64,000 nt of DNA, taken from positions 592,813 to 656,812 of the forward strand of contig CAWKIK010000003.1 in assembly GCA_963849825.1 (NCBI GenBank). The letters are read 5' to 3'. The notes under the pieces are model-generated. The model worked only from the letters and a program-made list of their open reading frames with translations. It did no database searches and was not told the origin of the DNA. Both the position numbers and the translations under genes were made by a program. Shown here piece after piece: positions 59,729-64,000 of the stretch. The DNA comes from an uncultured Gammaproteobacteria bacterium (GTDB lineage Bacteria; Pseudomonadota; Gammaproteobacteria; JASBUN01). Numbering within the stretch: position 1 is the stretch's first letter; the number at the start of each line of letters is the position of its first letter.

Positions 59729-62700
59729 ATGCCTGCCATTGACGGCAAGCTGGTCTCCACCGCCGACGGTGTTTCGGTCGAGAACTACGCAGTTCGGGCC
59801 GATCTGTTCGTCGAGCTGACGTTGGAGCCCGACAGTGGCGACGCCACCAGCATCCTTGCGCCCGTCTCCGGCTCTGCACGCGCGGCTGCCGATGGCAGCT
59901 TTCACATTGCCTTCGATGTCGACGGTGAGCTGCAAGGACCGGTGCAAGTCACTGTCTCCGCGCCCAACGGTATCGTGGTCGATCGGCGCGCGTTGTCCCT
60001 GGACGACATCGCCAATCCCGTCGAGCTGCGCATCCAGCCCACACCACCGTTCACCGTCGATGAAAGCGATCTGCCCGGTTTGGGCGAACGCTTGCGGATC
60101 AACGGCCGGGTGATCGACCTGACCGGGCAGCGGGTGCCGCCGAAGCTGCCGGTGGTGATCTGGGGCGTGGATCTGGTCGATGGTGATACACCGCCGCCCC
60201 GCCCATTGCTGGTCACCGAGACTCAGGTCGACGGCGCCTTCAGCGGCGACTGGCCCGAGGATCGTCTGGCCGACGCGTTTGGCACGGTGTCCGGCGGCGA
60301 GCCGGTGCCGGTGCCTCTGGACGACCAGTCGCGCCTGGTGCGCGACATCATTCTGGTGACGCGGGTCAGCCCCGGCCCTGCCTGCGAGTGCACCGAGTCA
60401 CCGCCGCGGGCGCCGGATGCCAGTGATCTCACCCGCAACCCGGAAGCCTTTTCCCAGGATCTCGGTGGCGGCTGCGTCGACCTGACCGTGCCCAACCGCA
60501 CCCTGGAGGAATACGCCTATTACTTCGTGGTGCGTACTTCCGAACCTTCGATCAAAGGCGTGACCCTGGGCAAGCGGCGCAAGTTGCCGCCGCACCTGTT
60601 GACCGATCTGCTCGGCGTGTCTCTGTCGTCCGTCGCCTTGCGCGGCGCACGGCTGAACTCGGCAACCATCGGCAAGGCGGACTTTGCGCTCGACATCGAC
60701 AGCGCCCGGCGGCTGGTGCGCACCGACGCGGTGCCGCGCCCGGAAGACATCGAGCGCGCCGCCTGGTTGTCGGAAGTCGCCGACACCAAGGGGCTGATCG
60801 ACACCACCCTGCGCGACGAGTCGGCGCGCCAAGTGCTCGACGCCGACACGCCGATCGACTGGGACGAAACGCCGACCATCTATCTCAGCACCGAAATCGC
60901 CTTCGGCCATATCCTGCAGTACCGCGAAGTATGGCGCGCCGACGGGTATTCATTGGGCGATCTGTTGTACTCGCTGCCGCTGGCGCCGGGGCAACGGCGC
61001 CAGATCGCAGTGGTGGACTGGGAACGGCGCACCCGCTCGGCACGTGAGGAGTCGCTGGACTTCGAGGAAACCTTGGACGCGTTGATTGAACGCGACCGCG
61101 ATGTACGCGAAATCGTCGGCACCGACCTGCATGAGCAGACTTCCGCCGGCTCGCGCAATACCACCTGGGGCGCGGCGGGGGGCATCGGCGCCGGTTTCAT
61201 CGGCAGCGGCTTTGGCATCTTCGGCGGCGTTGCCGGCGGCGGCTCGGGCTCCGACACCCATGCCTGGCAGAACTCCGCCCGCCAGTTCTCCGCCGACTCC
61301 CTGCAACAACTGCGCGATCGCATCGGCCAGCGCGCCTCATCGGTGCGCAGCGAGCGCTCCACGGTGATCCAGACCGTGGCCCAAGGCGAATCGATGCGCG
61401 CCGAAACCGAAGTCGTCGCCAACTACAACCGCTGCCACGCGGTGACCGTGGAATACTTCGAAGTGCTGCGCCACTTCCTGGTCACCCACGAATTGGCCGA
61501 CGTGCAGGAATGTCTGTTCGTACCGCTGCCCATCACCCAGTTCGACCGCGGCAAGGCGCTGCGTTGGCGCGAATACCTGAGCCGCTATTTGAAGGACCGT
61601 TCACTGCTGAGCGGCTTCCCGGCCATCGAACGGGTCGCCGACAACTGGGTGGGTTGGGATTATCCGCTGGCGCGCTTCAGCGAAGAAGCGCCCAACGTCC
61701 TGGAAGGCGAGCTGTACGTGAGCTTCGTGCTGCCGCGGCCGCGCGATGCCGATGACGGCAGTTTCCAGCTCGCCGAATGGGAAGCCTATCGCGACGTGCT
61801 GCCGGGCTTCGCACGCCACATCTACAGTGCGCTGATCGAGCAGGCGGTAGCGGCGAACAAAAGCCGCACCGCCGCCCGGGACGAAGCGTTCCAGCGCGAC
61901 GTGGCACCGCAGATCGCCGGCAACTTGATCAACCGCTTGCGACTCGCCTACGTCGGTTCCGACGGCGGTGAGACTGAAGTGCCCTTGGACGGCACGCTGG
62001 TATCGCGCTATCGCGAAGACCTGCCTTTGTATGTCACCTTGAACCCGGCCGGCGACCTGCCGGAAGTGCCGCGGGAGGATATTGCCTATTTCAAGATCTG
62101 GTACGACGGAGAACCGCTGCCGCCGGACGCCAAAGTGATCGTTCACCGCGGTCGGATGCGTTACCGCACTGCGCACATCACCGCACTGTTGTTCGACAAC
62201 GATCGCATTCTCGACGATGTGCGCAACGGCGACCCGGTGTTGGTCGCCACGCCCACCTCGCGCGCCGAGTTGCGCAACCCCCGCGAAGAGGATCGCCAGC
62301 TCGCCGATCGCGTGGTGGCGCACTTGAACGACCACTTGGAGTTCTATCACCAGGCGATCTGGATGAGCCTGGACACCCAGCGCCGCTATATGCTGCTCGA
62401 TGCCATCGAAGTGCCGGGCCAGCAGGGGCGCAGTGTCGCCAGTGTGTGCGTCAACGATTTGCTCGGCATCGTCGGCAACAGTCTGGTATTGCCGGCGGCA
62501 CCGGGCCAACGCCTCAACACGGCGGTGAGTTCCACCGACGAAGCCGGCAAACCGGTCGATCTGCGCAACGCCTATGCGACCCCGCCGGCGCCGCGAATGC
62601 GCTTGAGCGTGCCCACCCGCGGCGTGTATGCCGAGGCGGTTGCCGGCGAGTGCAGCGCCTGTGAAGCCATCGACGAGACCCGCTACTGGCGCTGGAGCGT

Positions 62701-64000
62701 GGAAGGCCTGCTGGCGCCGCCGGAAATCCAGGGCCCGATCGACACCGGCACCCGCGCCAGCGAAGAACCGACCCTGACGCCGACGCCGTTGCCGGCGCCG
62801 TTGGTGTCGATCCAGAACGCCCCGGCGGTCCCCGATCCCTTCGGACTGAAAGCGGCCTTCGAACTGTTGTCCAAGCCGGAACTGTTTCGCGATGTCACCG
62901 GTCTCGAGGGCACGCAGAAGAATGCCGGTGCCGCCTTCGAAGCGGCGTTGTCGGCGGCATCGGCCATGGGCGGCGAGGCGGCCAAACTTGCCCGCCAGCA
63001 GGAATTGACCAAGAACTCCGACCGGGTGGTGGACCGCATCGGCAAAGCGGTGAACGACGAGCTGCTGACGCCGGAGGCAGCGCAGAAACTGACCCAGTCG
63101 TTGCTCGAGGGCCTGACCGGCAAAGAAGAGCCCAAAGCCGAAGCGCCGCTGGACGATCCGGCGGTGAAAAAAGCGGTGGAAGGCATGTCGCAGTCCGACG
63201 GCGGCAACTTGAAGGTGGAATCCTCCGCCGAGACCGTCGAGGTGAGCTTCGATGACAGTGCGCCGGTGGTGGGCTCAGGCAATGCTGTGCCGCGCACATT
63301 GATCCCCGCCGCGCCCCATGACGCCACCGACGTACCGGTGCAGATCGAAGCGAGCTTCATCGGCCGCGCCGATCCCAACAACCCACTTGCCGACGACCTC
63401 ACGCCGTTCGTGTTCGACACCCGCGACGGTCTCGATTTCCTGCTGCGCCGGCAGGCGCCCAACTCCGCCGATCCGCTGGCCGAGCTTGCCGCCATCGGCA
63501 TGCTGCTGCCCGGTCGCGATGCCGACCACTATCGTCTGCGCCGCATGCTGCAAATCGTCTACCCGGCGGATGATCAGACCAACCAGGTGTCCGGCAGCGG
63601 CCCGCTGCCCATCGTGGTCCTGCAACACGGCGCCCACGACTGGATTCGCACCAATCCGCTGCGCTTCGTCGAAAGCTACAAGGGCATGCGTTATCTGCAG
63701 GACGCCCTCGCCGCGCTGGGTATCGTGTCGGTGTCGGTGGATGCCAACGCAGCCAATGTCTTCAACGCCACGCTGGTCGAAATGCGCGCCGCCCTGATCG
63801 TAAGCGCCCTGGACAGTTTGCGCGAGTTGCACAAGTCCGCGGGTTCGGTGCTGCACGATCGGCTCGACTTCTCCCGCATCGGCCTGCTGGGTCACTCCCG
63901 CGGCGGCGACGCCGTGGTACGGGCAGCAAAGCGCATCGCCGCCGACCGCCCCGACTATCGAGTGAAGTTCGTCTGCTCCCTGGCACCGACCGACTTCAGC
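59729..64000 (+). CDS. giant uncharacterized protein, N-terminal >=1424 aa (open at window end), with C-terminal alpha/beta-hydrolase (lipase/esterase-like GHSRGG) region
   Basis: Frame-2 ORF from ATG 59729 (GAGG Shine-Dalgarno 5 nt upstream) to 64000 with no stop. Host-like GC3 bias. Only short antisense ORFs overlap it. Not in the ORF track because it has no in-window stop. Confidence 0.8.
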   Translation, partial: MPAIDGKLVSTADGVSVENYAVRADLFVELTLEPDSGDATSILAPVSGSARAAADGSFHIAFDVDGELQGPVQVTVSAPNGIVVDRRALSLDDIANPVELRIQPTPPFTVDESDLPGLGERLRINGRVIDLTGQRVPPKLPVVIWGVDLVDGDTPPPRPLLVTETQVDGAFSGDWPEDRLADAFGTVSGGEPVPVPLDDQSRLVRDIILVTRVSPGPACECTESPPRAPDASDLTRNPEAFSQDLGGGCVDLTVPNRTLEEYAYYFVVRTSEPSIKGVTLGKRRKLPPHLLTDLLGVSLSSVALRGARLNSATIGKADFALDIDSARRLVRTDAVPRPEDIERAAWLSEVADTKGLIDTTLRDESARQVLDADTPIDWDETPTIYLSTEIAFGHILQYREVWRADGYSLGDLLYSLPLAPGQRRQIAVVDWERRTRSAREESLDFEETLDALIERDRDVREIVGTDLHEQTSAGSRNTTWGAAGGIGAGFIGSGFGIFGGVAGGGSGSDTHAWQNSARQFSADSLQQLRDRIGQRASSVRSERSTVIQTVAQGESMRAETEVVANYNRCHAVTVEYFEVLRHFLVTHELADVQECLFVPLPITQFDRGKALRWREYLSRYLKDRSLLSGFPAIERVADNWVGWDYPLARFSEEAPNVLEGELYVSFVLPRPRDADDGSFQLAEWEAYRDVLPGFARHIYSALIEQAVAANKSRTAARDEAFQRDVAPQIAGNLINRLRLAYVGSDGGETEVPLDGTLVSRYREDLPLYVTLNPAGDLPEVPREDIAYFKIWYDGEPLPPDAKVIVHRGRMRYRTAHITALLFDNDRILDDVRNGDPVLVATPTSRAELRNPREEDRQLADRVVAHLNDHLEFYHQAIWMSLDTQRRYMLLDAIEVPGQQGRSVASVCVNDLLGIVGNSLVLPAAPGQRLNTAVSSTDEAGKPVDLRNAYATPPAPRMRLSVPTRGVYAEAVAGECSACEAIDETRYWRWSVEGLLAPPEIQGPIDTGTRASEEPTLTPTPLPAPLVSIQNAPAVPDPFGLKAAFELLSKPELFRDVTGLEGTQKNAGAAFEAALSAASAMGGEAAKLARQQELTKNSDRVVDRIGKAVNDELLTPEAAQKLTQSLLEGLTGKEEPKAEAPLDDPAVKKAVEGMSQSDGGNLKVESSAETVEVSFDDSAPVVGSGNAVPRTLIPAAPHDATDVPVQIEASFIGRADPNNPLADDLTPFVFDTRDGLDFLLRRQAPNSADPLAELAAIGMLLPGRDADHYRLRRMLQIVYPADDQTNQVSGSGPLPIVVLQHGAHDWIRTNPLRFVESYKGMRYLQDALAALGIVSVSVDANAANVFNATLVEMRAALIVSALDSLRELHKSAGSVLHDRLDFSRIGLLGHSRGGDAVVRAAKRIAADRPDYRVKFVCSLAPTDFS

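Noticed and set aside
60398-63895. Multiple minus-strand track ORFs of 170-300 aa (e.g. 61601..62509, 62683..63501)
   Set aside because: All lie antisense to the uninterrupted 1424-codon plus-strand ORF. Their low-complexity Arg/Ala-rich products are typical GC-rich shadow ORFs.
1-64000. Scan for tRNA or rRNA genes
   Set aside because: By eye, no T-loop GGTTCGAATCC-type motifs or rRNA-like conserved stretches were found. A proper tRNAscan/Infernal run is still needed.

Overview
This is a GC-rich (~65%) bacterial chromosomal window, probably proteobacterial; I cannot assign a taxon from sequence alone. It mixes core housekeeping genes with accessory stretches. No tRNA or rRNA genes were recognised.

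Core content, in order:
- a caa3-type cytochrome c oxidase operon (coxB, then a ctaD gene fused to subunit III)
- pdxH, infA and minCDE
- glycogen phosphorylase (glgP)
- an ABC-F ATPase (ybiT)
- an osmoprotectant-type ABC transporter

A loose sulfur/redox neighbourhood sits in the middle of the window:
- a DUF1326/DUF2182 pair and a secreted rhodanese
- a TauE/SafE exporter, a glutaredoxin-like protein and a GST
- a sigma-54 activator with a Cys-rich sensory domain, followed by FmdB and a clade-D beta-carbonic anhydrase, divergent from an ETHE1-like persulfide dioxygenase
- a secreted DsrE-like protein

The accessory regions are dominated by one family of REP-like palindromes (GTAGGTCGGGTTAGCG.AGCGTAACCCGAC) plus two further palindrome types. 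These are amplified into several higher-order tandem arrays with periods of about 93, 211, 273 and 192 bp. A REP-associated tyrosine transposase (RAYT) is flanked by REPs. Other accessory items:
- a compacted HepT/MntA toxin-antitoxin pair
- two apparently frameshifted genes (DUF4242 and a carbon-nitrogen hydrolase)
- a degenerate duplicate of the ybiT 3' end
- a PEP-CTERM protein

The most striking feature is a single uninterrupted ORF from 59729 to the window end: at least 1424 codons with no stop. It is missing from the supplied ORF track only because it has no stop codon inside the window. The product has no obvious signal peptide, a Gly-rich hydrophobic segment and a C-terminal alpha/beta-hydrolase (GHSRGG) region. 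It lies immediately downstream of the RAYT/REP element and the PEP-CTERM gene.
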